In this document: positions 1-9,511 of the stretch, piece by piece
Layout of the letters: the number at the start of each line of letters is the position of its first letter
Position numbering within the stretch: the first letter of the stretch is position 1
Assembly (NCBI GenBank): GCA_028706895.1
Contig: JAQTVG010000001.1
Location: 1-24,157 of the forward strand
Origin: Candidatus Omnitrophota bacterium
GTDB lineage: Bacteria > Omnitrophota > Gorgyraeia > Gygaellales > Profunditerraquicolaceae
DNA length: 24,157 nucleotides
Direction of reading: 5' to 3'
Position numbers and translations under genes: made by a program
The notes under the pieces: generated by a model
Database searches by the model: none
The model's input: the letters and a program-made list of their open reading frames with translations, nothing else
Told to the model about the DNA's origin: nothing

Positions 1-1542
1 GGGGCGATTGACGCTTCTAATATTTTGAAGCCCGCGTTGTCGCGCGGCGAGATGCAATGTATCGGCGCAACTACTATGGATGAGTACAGGAAGTATATTG
101 AAAAGGACGCAGCCCTTGAGCGCAGGTTCCAGACCATAATGGTTGAGCCTCCGTCTGTTGAGCAGACCGTAGAGATATTAAAAGGCCTGCGGGATAAATA
201 CGAAGCCCATCACCGCGTGACTTTTAAGGATGAGGCGCTTGAGGCGGCAGCAAAGATGTCGGATCGTTATATATCCGGACGCTTCCTTCCCGACAAGGCA
301 GTGGATTTAATGGATGAGGCGGGCTCTCGCGCGAGGTTAAACGTTTTAGTTGTGCCCCCGGAGATTAAACAATTAGAAGAAAAAGTAGAGTCTATCAGGA
401 AAGAAAAAGAATCTTATATCAAAAGCCAGCAATTTGAGAAAGCAGCGGCGCTAAGGGACCAGGAGAGGCAGGCGCGCCAGGATTTAGAGCAGCTAAACCG
501 CGAATGGTCACAGGCCAAAGATAAGATGCGGCCTGAAGTCGGGGAAGAAGAGATTGCTAAAATTGTTTCCCAGTGGACAGGTATCCCGATATTCCGCCTG
601 GAAGAAAAAGAGACTGAAAAATTATTAAAAATAGAAGAGGAATTGCATAAACGTGTAGTCGGGCAAGAAGAAGCGATATCCGCTATTGCCCATGCGGTAA
701 GGCGTTCGCGCGCGGGAATTAAAGACCCAAGGAGGCCAATAGGTTCATTTATATTCCTTGGGCCCACGGGCGTTGGTAAGACTCTTTTGGCGCGCGCACT
801 GGCAGAATATATGTTTGGCGACGAGGACGCGCTTTTACAGCTGGATATGTCCGAGTATATGGAAAAGTTTAATGTCTCGCGTTTAATCGGAGCTCCTCCG
901 GGATATGTCGGCTACGAAGAGGGCGGGCAGCTTAGCGAAAGAGTAAGGAGAAGGCCTTATTCAGTCATATTATTGGACGAAATTGAAAAGGCACACCCTG
1001 ATGTGTTTAATTTGCTTCTCCAGGTATTTGAAGACGGGCGCCTGACTGATAGTTTCGGTAGAAAAATAGATTTCAGGAATACGGTGATAATTATGACTTC
1101 TAACGTGGGAGCAGAATTAATCCGTAAGGCCGGTTCCCTCGGTTTTAAGACTCAAAAAGAAGAAGTGACTTATCAGGAGATGAAAGAAAAATTGTTTGAA
1201 GAAGTAAAGCGCACCTTTAAGCCGGAGTTTTTAAACCGTATAGATGATATTATTGTTTTCAGGCAATTGGTTAAAGAGGACTTGGTGCATATTATTGATA
1301 TTGAAATAGGCTTTGTCGCACAGAGGCTTAAAGAGCATAACATAATGCTTGAGGTGAATCAGGAGGCTAAGGATTTTCTGATTGAAAAGGGTTTTGACCC
1401 GGTGTTCGGGGCTAGGCCATTAAAAAGGACCATACAAAGGTTTTTGGAAGATCCTCTGGCTTCGGAAATAATCTCTAAAAAATTCAAAGAAGGCGCGACA
1501 GTTAAAGTGTCGCGGGGAAGCCAGGAACTGGTTTTTGAATAA
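1..1542 (+). CDS. clpC: ATP-dependent Clp protease ATP-binding subunit, ClpC type (5'-truncated by window edge)
   Basis: The frame is open from base 1 ([17 protein letters not shown]..., end of AAA1). It has a UVR-like coiled middle domain ([11 protein letters not shown]), second Walker A GPTGVGKT, Walker [10 protein letters not shown], ClpP-binding-type loop GSLGF and C-terminal FGARPLKR. Confidence 0.95.
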   Translation, partial: GAIDASNILKPALSRGEMQCIGATTMDEYRKYIEKDAALERRFQTIMVEPPSVEQTVEILKGLRDKYEAHHRVTFKDEALEAAAKMSDRYISGRFLPDKAVDLMDEAGSRARLNVLVVPPEIKQLEEKVESIRKEKESYIKSQQFEKAAALRDQERQARQDLEQLNREWSQAKDKMRPEVGEEEIAKIVSQWTGIPIFRLEEKETEKLLKIEEELHKRVVGQEEAISAIAHAVRRSRAGIKDPRRPIGSFIFLGPTGVGKTLLARALAEYMFGDEDALLQLDMSEYMEKFNVSRLIGAPPGYVGYEEGGQLSERVRRRPYSVILLDEIEKAHPDVFNLLLQVFEDGRLTDSFGRKIDFRNTVIIMTSNVGAELIRKAGSLGFKTQKEEVTYQEMKEKLFEEVKRTFKPEFLNRIDDIIVFRQLVKEDLVHIIDIEIGFVAQRLKEHNIMLEVNQEAKDFLIEKGFDPVFGARPLKRTIQRFLEDPLASEIISKKFKEGATVKVSRGSQELVFE

Positions 1543-2324
1543 TGAAAAAATTTATTATCCTTTTAGGCGCAAGGGTGTTGTCGCTATTATATTTTTTAGG
1601 CGGCTTAAGTTATCTGGCGGCGCAGACTTTCTACTGGATATTTATCCCGCCGTTTAAAAAAGAGCGCACCTTTGAACAATGCAAGAAGGTTGGTGTTGAC
1701 AGCCTCGCCATAGTTTCGCTGATAGCTTTTTTTATCGGTATAATTATGGCTTTGCAGACCGCTTATCAGATGCAGAAGCTCGGCTCTGAAATGTATATTG
1801 CCAGCATTGTGGCGCTATCCATGGTAAGAGAATTCGGGCCTGTTATTACCGCGCTAATAGTGGCCGGAAGAGTGGGCGCATCCATTACCGCGGAAATAGG
1901 CTCTATGCAGGTGACCGAGCAAATAGACGCGTTACAGACACTCGCTACCAATCCCGTAAAATACCTGGTAGTCCCGCGGTTTCTGGCTCTTGCCATAATG
2001 GCGCCGATTTTAACTTTATATTCAAATATAATCGGTATATTCGGAGGTTATCTTATCTGTGTATACAAATTAGGTGTTTCTTCCGGGTTGTACCGCCATA
2101 TTACTTTTAGCGCCCTTGTTTACAAAGATTTATTCACCGGCCTTATTAAAGCGTTATCCTTTGGCATGATTATCGCGCTTGTTAGTTGTTACGAAGGGTT
2201 CAACGTTGAAGGGGGCGCTGAAGGCGTAGGCAAAGCAACTGCGCGCGCTGTTGTAACGATGTTTATTTTGATTATTGCTTTTGACTGTTTATTCACAGCT
2301 TTATTTTATTTTATTTTCCCATGA
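1542..2324 (+). CDS. mlaE: MlaE-family ABC transporter permease (lipid asymmetry / Mce system)
   Basis: Hydrophobic 260 aa with the family motif REFGPVITALIVAGRVGASITAEIGSMQVTEQIDAL and C-terminal GAEGVGKATARAVV. The start overlaps the clpC stop (TAATG). Confidence 0.92.
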   Translation: MKKFIILLGARVLSLLYFLGGLSYLAAQTFYWIFIPPFKKERTFEQCKKVGVDSLAIVSLIAFFIGIIMALQTAYQMQKLGSEMYIASIVALSMVREFGPVITALIVAGRVGASITAEIGSMQVTEQIDALQTLATNPVKYLVVPRFLALAIMAPILTLYSNIIGIFGGYLICVYKLGVSSGLYRHITFSALVYKDLFTGLIKALSFGMIIALVSCYEGFNVEGGAEGVGKATARAVVTMFILIIAFDCLFTALFYFIFP

Positions 2325-3082
2325 TAGAAATAAAAGGCGTTTCCAAATCATTTGGCACGCATAAGGTTTTAGATAACGTCAGCCTTAAAATAGATAAAGG
2401 GACTACTTGTGTTATCATCGGGCGTTCCGGATGCGGTAAGTCCGTTTTATTAAAACACATTGTGCGTGTGTTGCTGCCCGATAAAGGCAAGGTCTATGTT
2501 GACGGTAAGGACCTTGATGCCTTAAATGAAAAAGAATTGGATAAATTAAGGTTAAAGATAGGCCTGGTCTTTCAGGGCGGCGCATTATTTGATTCTTTAA
2601 CCGTAGGCGAAAATGTAGGTTTTGGACTTATTGAACACGATAAGATTAGCAAAAAAGAATTGCTGGAGAGGATAGAAGAATCGTTGTGCCTGGTGAATTT
2701 ATGCGGCATAGGCAACCTTATGCCTTCTGAGCTAAGCGGAGGCATGAAGAAGCGCGTGGCGCTGGCGCGCGCGCTATGCGTGAAGCCCGATATTATACTT
2801 TATGATGAGCCTACAACCGGAGTTGACCCGATTACCGCAGACAGTATAAATGAGCTTATCAAAGGCCTGCACGATAAATTAAAAGTAACTTCTGTCGTGG
2901 TAACGCATGACATGAAAAGCGCTTATATGGTAGCTGATAAAATTTCCATGCTTTACCAGGGCAAGATTATCGCCGAGGGCACGCCCGAAGAAATCCAGAA
3001 GACAGAGCATCCGGTTGTGCACCAGTTTATAAACGGGCTGGCGCACGGCCCGATAACCGAAACATTGGATAATTTTAGATAA
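2321..3082 (+). CDS. mlaF: MlaF-family ABC transporter ATP-binding protein
   Basis: Walker A GRSGCGKS, Q-loop FQGGALFDSL, signature LSGGMKKRVALARAL, Walker B ILYDEPTTGVDP, H-loop VTHD. Lies between mlaE and mlaD. Confidence 0.92.
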   Translation: MIEIKGVSKSFGTHKVLDNVSLKIDKGTTCVIIGRSGCGKSVLLKHIVRVLLPDKGKVYVDGKDLDALNEKELDKLRLKIGLVFQGGALFDSLTVGENVGFGLIEHDKISKKELLERIEESLCLVNLCGIGNLMPSELSGGMKKRVALARALCVKPDIILYDEPTTGVDPITADSINELIKGLHDKLKVTSVVVTHDMKSAYMVADKISMLYQGKIIAEGTPEEIQKTEHPVVHQFINGLAHGPITETLDNFR

Positions 3083-3094
3083 GGGGAGGCCATA

Positions 3095-3706
3095 ATGATA
3101 TTTGGTCAATCAAAGTTAGAATTTAAAGTCGGTGTATTTGTTTTCCTGGGCCTTATAATTTTTGCTGTTTTTATTTTATCTATGAGGGATTTCAGGGGTG
3201 TAGCCAAAGGCTATGAGGTTAACTTTATCTTTAATTTTGCCAATGGCGTAAAGATGGGGGCGCCCGTAAGGTTTGCGGGTGTGGATGTCGGAGAAATCAA
3301 AGAAATAAGATTTATCTCAACTCCGGAAAACCCGCAGCTCAAGGTAAAAATAGCAGGTTTTATCAGGGATAGTATCAAGATCCCTGTTGATTCTTCGGTT
3401 TGGGTAAATACATTAGGGTTGCTCGGAGAAAAATATATTGAGATTATGCCGGGCAAGGATTACAACAATACACTTAAACCAAAAGATAGCATAGTAGGTG
3501 TTGACCCTATCCCTATGCAGGAGTTATCCGTCTTAGCCAGCAATATAGCCAAACACCTGGATGAAGGCCTTACCAGGATTATAAACAAGGAAGGCACATT
3601 GGGTAAGCTTCTTTATGACGATAAAATATACAATGAATTAGACGCGATGATTACGGATTTAAGAAAAAATCCGTGGAAATTATTCAAGCAGGGTAAAGAA
3701 AAGTAA
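3095..3706 (+). CDS. mlaD: MlaD/MCE-domain protein
   Basis: N-terminal TM helix (VGVFVFLGLIIFAVFIL), MCE motifs GVKMGAPVRFAGVDVGEI and LGLLGEKYIEIMPG, and a helical C-terminal extension. SD GGGGAGG upstream. Confidence 0.9.
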   Translation: MIFGQSKLEFKVGVFVFLGLIIFAVFILSMRDFRGVAKGYEVNFIFNFANGVKMGAPVRFAGVDVGEIKEIRFISTPENPQLKVKIAGFIRDSIKIPVDSSVWVNTLGLLGEKYIEIMPGKDYNNTLKPKDSIVGVDPIPMQELSVLASNIAKHLDEGLTRIINKEGTLGKLLYDDKIYNELDAMITDLRKNPWKLFKQGKEK

Positions 3707-3716
3707 AATAGATTGT

Positions 3717-5090
3717 ATGAAAACCAAAACAGTATTCTCTTGCCAAAGTTGCGGCTACCAGTCTCCCAAGTGGTTAGGCAGATGCCCTGATTGTAACAGC
3801 TGGAATTCTTTCGTGGAAGAAGATTATTCCGCGCCTTCGTCAAAAACAAAAGAAAGAAAAGCCCTCTATAAAGATGAGCCGGTTTTATTAAGGGATGTAG
3901 AGGTCAAGGAGGAAAACAGGCTTAAGACCGGGATATCAGAATTAGACAGGGTATTAGGCGGCGGCATAGTTGAGGGGTGCGTGGTATTAATCGGCGGAGA
4001 CCCCGGCGTCGGTAAATCTACGGTATCTTTACAGGTTTCTAACCAATTAACAGGACAGGGGCATACTGTTCTTTATGTCAGCGGTGAAGAGTCTGTTTCT
4101 CAGACAAAGTTAAGGGCGCATAGGCTCGGCGCCGGCAAAGACGGCAATCTTTATATAGTAAATCAGACGGACTTGTCTTTAATCATTGAGTATATAAAGA
4201 AAATCAAGCCCGATGTAGTAATTATTGATTCTATACAGGTAATATTTGAGCCTTCAATAAGCTCTTCACCCGGGAGTGTCAGCCAGGTAAGGGAATGCGC
4301 CGGCATATTGACGCAACTGGCAAAGACTTCAGGGGCATCTATTTTTATTATCGGCCATGTGACTAAAGAAGGGGCTATCGCGGGCCCCCGCGTTTTAGAA
4401 CATATCGTAGATACCGTGCTTTATTTTGAAGGAGACAGGTTCTCAATATACAGGATACTGCGCGCGGTAAAAAATAGGTTCGGCTCAACCAACGAAATCG
4501 GCGTATTTGAGATGACTTCGGGCGGCTTAAAAGAAGTAAAGAACCCGTCAGAAATATTTTTATCGGAGAAGCCGCATGATGTTTCCGGCTCGGTAGTGGT
4601 ATCTATTTTAGAAGGAAGCCGGCCGCTTCTGGTTGAAGTCCAGTCGCTTTTAAGCAGCTCGAGCTTTGGTTACGCGCGCCGGCGCGCGCAGGGGTTTGAT
4701 TATAACCGCCTTAGTTTGCTGGTCGCTGTTTTAGAAAAAAGAATAGGTTTACGCCTTGAGGCAGAGGATATATTTGTTAATGTAGCCGGAGGCATAAAAA
4801 TAGAGGATCCGGCGGCTGATTTAGGGGTAGCTGTAGCAATAGCTTCGGCTTTCCGCGGCCAGATTGCACTTGCCGAGGCGGTATTCCTTGGTGAAATTGG
4901 TTTAGCGGGTGAAATCAGGAGTGTATCGCAGGTAGGCTTACGCATAAATGAAGCGGCAAAATTAGGTTTTAAACATTGTATTCTTCCAAAGAATAACCTT
5001 AAGAACTTAGATTATAAAAAAGAAGGTATAGAATTAATTCCTGTTTCTACATTAAAAGAGGCATTAGATATTTCTATAGCTAAATCTTAA
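3717..5090 (+). CDS. radA: DNA repair protein RadA/Sms
   Basis: C4 zinc finger (CQSC...CPDC), Walker A GGDPGVGKST, RadA signature KNRFG and Lon-like C-terminal domain. Confidence 0.96.
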   Translation: MKTKTVFSCQSCGYQSPKWLGRCPDCNSWNSFVEEDYSAPSSKTKERKALYKDEPVLLRDVEVKEENRLKTGISELDRVLGGGIVEGCVVLIGGDPGVGKSTVSLQVSNQLTGQGHTVLYVSGEESVSQTKLRAHRLGAGKDGNLYIVNQTDLSLIIEYIKKIKPDVVIIDSIQVIFEPSISSSPGSVSQVRECAGILTQLAKTSGASIFIIGHVTKEGAIAGPRVLEHIVDTVLYFEGDRFSIYRILRAVKNRFGSTNEIGVFEMTSGGLKEVKNPSEIFLSEKPHDVSGSVVVSILEGSRPLLVEVQSLLSSSSFGYARRRAQGFDYNRLSLLVAVLEKRIGLRLEAEDIFVNVAGGIKIEDPAADLGVAVAIASAFRGQIALAEAVFLGEIGLAGEIRSVSQVGLRINEAAKLGFKHCILPKNNLKNLDYKKEGIELIPVSTLKEALDISIAKS

Positions 5091-5121
5091 CACCGTTTAT
5101 AGTTATTAATAAGGAATGGTG

Positions 5122-5185
5122 TAAATCGCAGACGCTTCGCTACAACTTATGTTGCTTACGCTTCCATAAGTTGTCTGCTCATTTA
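5122..5185. repeat. Intergenic bulged hairpin immediately upstream of the PIN/TRAM ribosome-binding site
   Basis: TAAAT(5122-5126)/ATTTA(5181-5185), GCAGAC(5128-5133)/GTCTGC(5173-5178) and AACTTATG(5144-5151)/CATAAGTT(5165-5172) are inverted pairs. The bulge reads GCTTCGCTAC and the loop TTGCTTACGCTTC. SD AAGGAGG is at 5185-5191. Confidence 0.7.
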
Positions 5186-5198
5186 AGGAGGTAAATAT

Positions 5199-6179
5199 AT
5201 GAACCTATTAGCAGTCCGTCTTCTTTTTATTATTGCCAGCGCCCTTGTCGGTTTTATGGCGATGGAGCCCAGAGGCTTGGGTATTGTGGGCGCGCTTTCA
5301 GGAGTTATTGTCAGCGGCGTTATCATACTTGCCGAGATGGGGATGCGCCGCGTATCTACGCGCGGCCTATCCAGCACCGTATTCGGGCTTATCCTCGGGT
5401 TAATTATGGCCAAGCTTGTCAGCGAAGCATTAACCCTGGCGCCTTTATCCAGTTCAGGATTATCGGTAGCAAAAGTTGTAGTTACGTTGATATTTTGTTA
5501 TTTGGGTATGGTTATAGGTTTGCGCGGAAAAGACGAGTTTAATATTATTATCCCTTATGTGCGCTTGCGCCGGCAGGACCAGTCGGCAGAGCTGACACTG
5601 GTTGATACCAGCGCCGTTATTGACGGCAGGATATTGGATATCTCTAAAACAAGATTTCTTGAAAACAAGCTTGTCATTCCTAAATTTGTTTTAAAAGAAT
5701 TACAGCAGATAGCGGATTCAACAGACCCTATCAAACGCCAGAGAGGGCGCAGGGGCCTGGAGATTTTGCATACGCTTCAGAAAGAGATGGGACAGGATAT
5801 AATGCTGCATGAAGAAGAGCTGCCTGATATCCCGGAAGTGGACGCGAAATTAGTAAAGCTCGCCAAGATATTAGAGGCAAAGATAATGACGGTAGATTTT
5901 AATTTAAACCGCGTCGCCAGCCTCCAGGGCATAAAAGTGCTTAATATTAATGAGCTCGCCAATGCCTTAAAGCCGATGGTTTTTCCCGGAGAAGAGATGC
6001 ACATTAAATTGCTCAAGGAAGGCAAAGAGCATAACCAGGCAATTGGCTACCTTGAGGACGGGACAATGGTCGTCGTAGAAGACGCGCGCAGGTTAATCGG
6101 CCAGGAGGTAAAAGTTGCGGTCACTTCGGTTTTACAGACCCAGGCAGGCCGTATGATTTTTACCAAAATTGAGAGATAA
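5199..6179 (+). CDS. Membrane-anchored PIN/TRAM domain protein (YacL family)
   Basis: About four N-terminal TM helices, PIN motifs [20 protein letters not shown] and RGRRGLEIL, and a C-terminal TRAM domain ([12 protein letters not shown]...[12 protein letters not shown]). Strong SD; the radA-yacL-ispD context is conserved. Confidence 0.9.
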   Translation: MNLLAVRLLFIIASALVGFMAMEPRGLGIVGALSGVIVSGVIILAEMGMRRVSTRGLSSTVFGLILGLIMAKLVSEALTLAPLSSSGLSVAKVVVTLIFCYLGMVIGLRGKDEFNIIIPYVRLRRQDQSAELTLVDTSAVIDGRILDISKTRFLENKLVIPKFVLKELQQIADSTDPIKRQRGRRGLEILHTLQKEMGQDIMLHEEELPDIPEVDAKLVKLAKILEAKIMTVDFNLNRVASLQGIKVLNINELANALKPMVFPGEEMHIKLLKEGKEHNQAIGYLEDGTMVVVEDARRLIGQEVKVAVTSVLQTQAGRMIFTKIER

Positions 6180-6194
6180 AATACTAAGGATACA

Positions 6195-6884
6195 ATGTAT
6201 GTTACGGCAATAGTCCTTGCGGCGGGAGAGGGGTTAAGGTTAAAGTCAAAAGTTCCCAAGCCGCTGGTCAAAATAAATTCCAAACCGCTTATAATTTACT
6301 CTCTTAGCACTTTAAGTAAGCATCCGTATATTAAAGATATTATCGTAGTAGTTAACCAGCGGAATTTAAAAGATATACGCGATAAGATAAAGCAATACCG
6401 CATAGGCAAGGTCAGGGCTATAGTTTTGGGCGGCCGCTTGCGCCAGGATTCGGTCTTTAACGGTTTAAAGAATATGGATAGCCGGACAGACACGGTCCTG
6501 ATCCATGATGCGGCGCGTCCCTTTGCCGCAAATAAATTAGTATCGTCGCTGATAAAGGCAGCCAGGGCTTATGGCGCGGCTATTGCCGGCGTGCCGGTTA
6601 AGGCGACAATAAAAAAAATCAGGAGCGGGAATAAAAAAATAAAAGCGGTAGATAAAACAATAGAAAGAAATACGCTCTGGGAGATTCATACCCCGCAGGT
6701 TTTTAAGAAAGATTTGATATTAATGGCATATGAGAAATTCGGAAATATAGGCGTCACCGACGATGCGATGTTAGTTGAGAAACTTAAAAAGAACGTAAGG
6801 GTTGTTTTAGGCGCGTATAATAACATAAAGATAACTACGCCTGATGATTTGATGATAGCCCGGGCAATAGCAAAGGGTTTATAA
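6195..6884 (+). CDS. ispD: 2-C-methyl-D-erythritol 4-phosphate cytidylyltransferase
   Basis: VLAAGEGLRL, GGRLRQDSVFNG, LIHDAARP, TPQVF, TDDA and NIKITTPDDL motifs. Adjacent to ispF. Confidence 0.93.
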   Translation: MYVTAIVLAAGEGLRLKSKVPKPLVKINSKPLIIYSLSTLSKHPYIKDIIVVVNQRNLKDIRDKIKQYRIGKVRAIVLGGRLRQDSVFNGLKNMDSRTDTVLIHDAARPFAANKLVSSLIKAARAYGAAIAGVPVKATIKKIRSGNKKIKAVDKTIERNTLWEIHTPQVFKKDLILMAYEKFGNIGVTDDAMLVEKLKKNVRVVLGAYNNIKITTPDDLMIARAIAKGL

Positions 6885-6887
6885 GGC

Positions 6888-7376
6888 ATGGGATACCGCA
6901 CAGGAATAGGTTATGATCTCCACCGTTTAACGAGCGGGCGTAAATTATTTCTCGGAGGGATAGAAATTCCGTATATACACGGTTTACTGGGCCACTCCGA
7001 CGCAGATGTGCTCTTGCACGCGATATGCGACGCATTGCTGGGAGCCATAGGAGAAGGCGATATAGGGGAGCTTTTTCCTGATACGGATCCCAGATACGAC
7101 GGGATTTCAAGCAGGGAATTATTAAAAATAGTTTATGAGCTGGTAGCAAAGAAAAATTTTTCAATTGTTAATGTGGATACGGTGGTAGTCGCGGAAGAAC
7201 CGAAATTATTCCCCTTTAAAAAACAAATGCGCCAGGCAATAGCAGGGATATTGAACATTAAAGAAGACAGCGTTAATATAAAGGCCAAAACCAATGAAGG
7301 GATAGGCGAGATTGGGGATAAGCTGGCTATAGCAGCCTACGCTATAGTTACAGTAGTATCCGGGGAGGATAAATGA
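6888..7376 (+). CDS. ispF: 2-C-methyl-D-erythritol 2,4-cyclodiphosphate synthase
   Basis: [39 protein letters not shown] and NIKAKTNE motifs. Confidence 0.95.
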   Translation: MGYRTGIGYDLHRLTSGRKLFLGGIEIPYIHGLLGHSDADVLLHAICDALLGAIGEGDIGELFPDTDPRYDGISSRELLKIVYELVAKKNFSIVNVDTVVVAEEPKLFPFKKQMRQAIAGILNIKEDSVNIKAKTNEGIGEIGDKLAIAAYAIVTVVSGEDK

Positions 7377-8062
7377 CACTCTTTACGCTTTTAATACAAA
7401 TATTAATTATACTTTTAGTTTTGTTTGTATTGAAAATTGTTCTTATATCCATATTTTTCTTTAAAGAAATTCAGGCAGCGCGCGCCAAGGACCCGGCTGC
7501 CAAGGGGTTCTTAGAGATACTATTGCTTTATCCGGGTTTGCACGCTTTGATACACCACCGCGTCGCGCATTTTTTCTATAAGATACACCTCTTTTTTATA
7601 GCGCGCTTCATAAGCCAGGTTTCAAGGTTCTTTACCGGTATTGAAATACATCCGGGCGCTAAAATCGGCAAAAGGTTATTCATTGACCATGGTATGGGTG
7701 TGGTTATCGGAGAGACCGCGATTATAGGGGATGATGTGCTTTTGTATCAAGCAGTCACCCTCGGTGGGACAGGTCTGGTAAAAGGCAAGCGCCATCCTAC
7801 TATCGGCAATAATGTTGTTGTCGGAGGCGGAGCCAAGATATTAGGCAATATAACCATCGGAGATAATTCATATATCGGAGCAAACGCTGTAGTAATCAAG
7901 GATGTACCGCCGAATTCTACGGTTGTTGGCGTGCCCGGGAGAATCACAAAACAGGACGGCAAGAAAATTGACATTGGCCTGGACCACAGCCATGTGTTTG
8001 ATCCCATAATGCAGAATATAGAAGAGCTACAGAAGAGGATAGAGAAGTTAGAAAATAAATAG
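7373..8062 (+). CDS. cysE: Serine O-acetyltransferase with an N-terminal hydrophobic extension
   Basis: DPAA...YPGLHA...[37 protein letters not shown]...KRHPT and left-handed beta-helix repeats. ATGA overlap with ispF and SD GGGGAGG at 7362-7368. Confidence 0.93.
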   Translation: MTLFTLLIQILIILLVLFVLKIVLISIFFFKEIQAARAKDPAAKGFLEILLLYPGLHALIHHRVAHFFYKIHLFFIARFISQVSRFFTGIEIHPGAKIGKRLFIDHGMGVVIGETAIIGDDVLLYQAVTLGGTGLVKGKRHPTIGNNVVVGGGAKILGNITIGDNSYIGANAVVIKDVPPNSTVVGVPGRITKQDGKKIDIGLDHSHVFDPIMQNIEELQKRIEKLENK

Positions 8063-8069
8063 CTTATTC

Positions 8070-9509
8070 ATGCCTATTTCCATATACAATTCCCTCACCC
8101 GAAAGAAAGAAGAATTTGTTCCTCTAAAACCGCCTGCGGTAAATATGTATGTGTGCGGGCCGACGGTTTATGATGAGCCGCATATCGGCCATGCCAGGAG
8201 CGCCTATATATTTGATGTAATACGCAGGTATCTTATATGCAGGGGCTATAAAGTAAAATTTGTCAGGAATGTTACCGACGTAGATGACAAGATTATTGAT
8301 AAGGCAAAAAAAGAATTCCCTGGTAAAGATTTGCTCAGCGCGGTCAAAGAAGTATCTAATAAATATCTCGATGCTTATCACGAAGATATGAAGCAGCTGG
8401 GTATTACGGCTCCTGACGTAGAGCCTAAGGCAACCGAGTTTATAAGCAAAGACAATCCTTCAATGCAGAAATTTATAACGCAGCTTATAGAACGGGGCGC
8501 GGCTTACGTCTCCGGAGGCGATGTGTATTTTGATATTAAAAAAGCGAAAAATTACGGAAAGCTATCAAACCAGTCTTTGGATAAAATGGAAGCAGGCGCA
8601 AGGGTTTTGGCTGGTGAGAATAAAAAAGACCCGTTAGATTTTGCTTTATGGAAAGCAGCAAAAGAAGGCGAGCCCGCCTGGGATAGCCCGTGGGGCAAGG
8701 GGAGGCCTGGCTGGCACATAGAGTGCTCCGTAATGAGCTCGGATATACTCGGAAAAGAATTTGATATCCACGGCGGAGGCATAGATTTAATATTCCCTCA
8801 CCACGAAAACGAAATCGCGCAGTCAGAAGGCGCCGGCAATACTTTTGCCAAATATTGGATTCACCACGGCCTTTTGACCATCAACAGCCAGAAGATGGCC
8901 AAGTCGCTTGGTAATTTCATTACGATAAAAGGTTTTATAAATAAATATAAATATCCGGACTTATTAAAATTATTTTTTCTCTCTACTCACTATGCTCATC
9001 CTATAGATTATACTGAAGAGAAAATTGAAGAAGCTAAAAAGGAATATGAGCGCATTGATATTCTAATGAGAAAATTAGATAGAGTATTTGGGACTAGGGA
9101 TATAAGTAAAACGACTACTGGAGGAATGGGTGATATAGGAAAATTTAAAGAAAAGTTTATTGAATATATGGACGATGATTTTAATACTCCGCGGGCATTA
9201 TCAGTTTTATTTGATATGATAAGTAGATGTAATATAGAATTGGATAGCGAAGACGAGTATAAGAATTTTAAATTGCGCTATGCTATGGATATAATAAAAG
9301 AAATAGCGGATATTTTCGGTTTAACTTTTCTTAAAGAGACGTCAACCGAAATGTCGGATACAAAAGTCACAGTTGCTATAGCTATGCGGGAACAATTAAG
9401 AAAAGAAAAGAAATTTAAGGAAGCTGACGAAATCAGAAGAGCGTTGGAAGAAAAAGGCGTTATTCTAGAAGATACAAAAAACGGCGTAACTTGGCGTCGT
9501 AAGTTATAA
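8070..9509 (+). CDS. cysS: Cysteine--tRNA ligase
   Basis: YVCGPTVYD, HIGH, DFALWK, WDSPWGKGRPGWHIECS, HGGGIDLIFPHHENE, KMAKSLGN and DDFNTPRA motifs. Confidence 0.97.
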   Translation: MPISIYNSLTRKKEEFVPLKPPAVNMYVCGPTVYDEPHIGHARSAYIFDVIRRYLICRGYKVKFVRNVTDVDDKIIDKAKKEFPGKDLLSAVKEVSNKYLDAYHEDMKQLGITAPDVEPKATEFISKDNPSMQKFITQLIERGAAYVSGGDVYFDIKKAKNYGKLSNQSLDKMEAGARVLAGENKKDPLDFALWKAAKEGEPAWDSPWGKGRPGWHIECSVMSSDILGKEFDIHGGGIDLIFPHHENEIAQSEGAGNTFAKYWIHHGLLTINSQKMAKSLGNFITIKGFINKYKYPDLLKLFFLSTHYAHPIDYTEEKIEEAKKEYERIDILMRKLDRVFGTRDISKTTTGGMGDIGKFKEKFIEYMDDDFNTPRALSVLFDMISRCNIELDSEDEYKNFKLRYAMDIIKEIADIFGLTFLKETSTEMSDTKVTVAIAMREQLRKEKKFKEADEIRRALEEKGVILEDTKNGVTWRRKL

Positions 9510-9511
9510 TA

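Noticed and set aside
6600-6660. Poly-A tracts in ispD as phase-variation sites
   Set aside because: They are short runs from Lys/Ile codons in an in-frame essential gene, with no frameshift.
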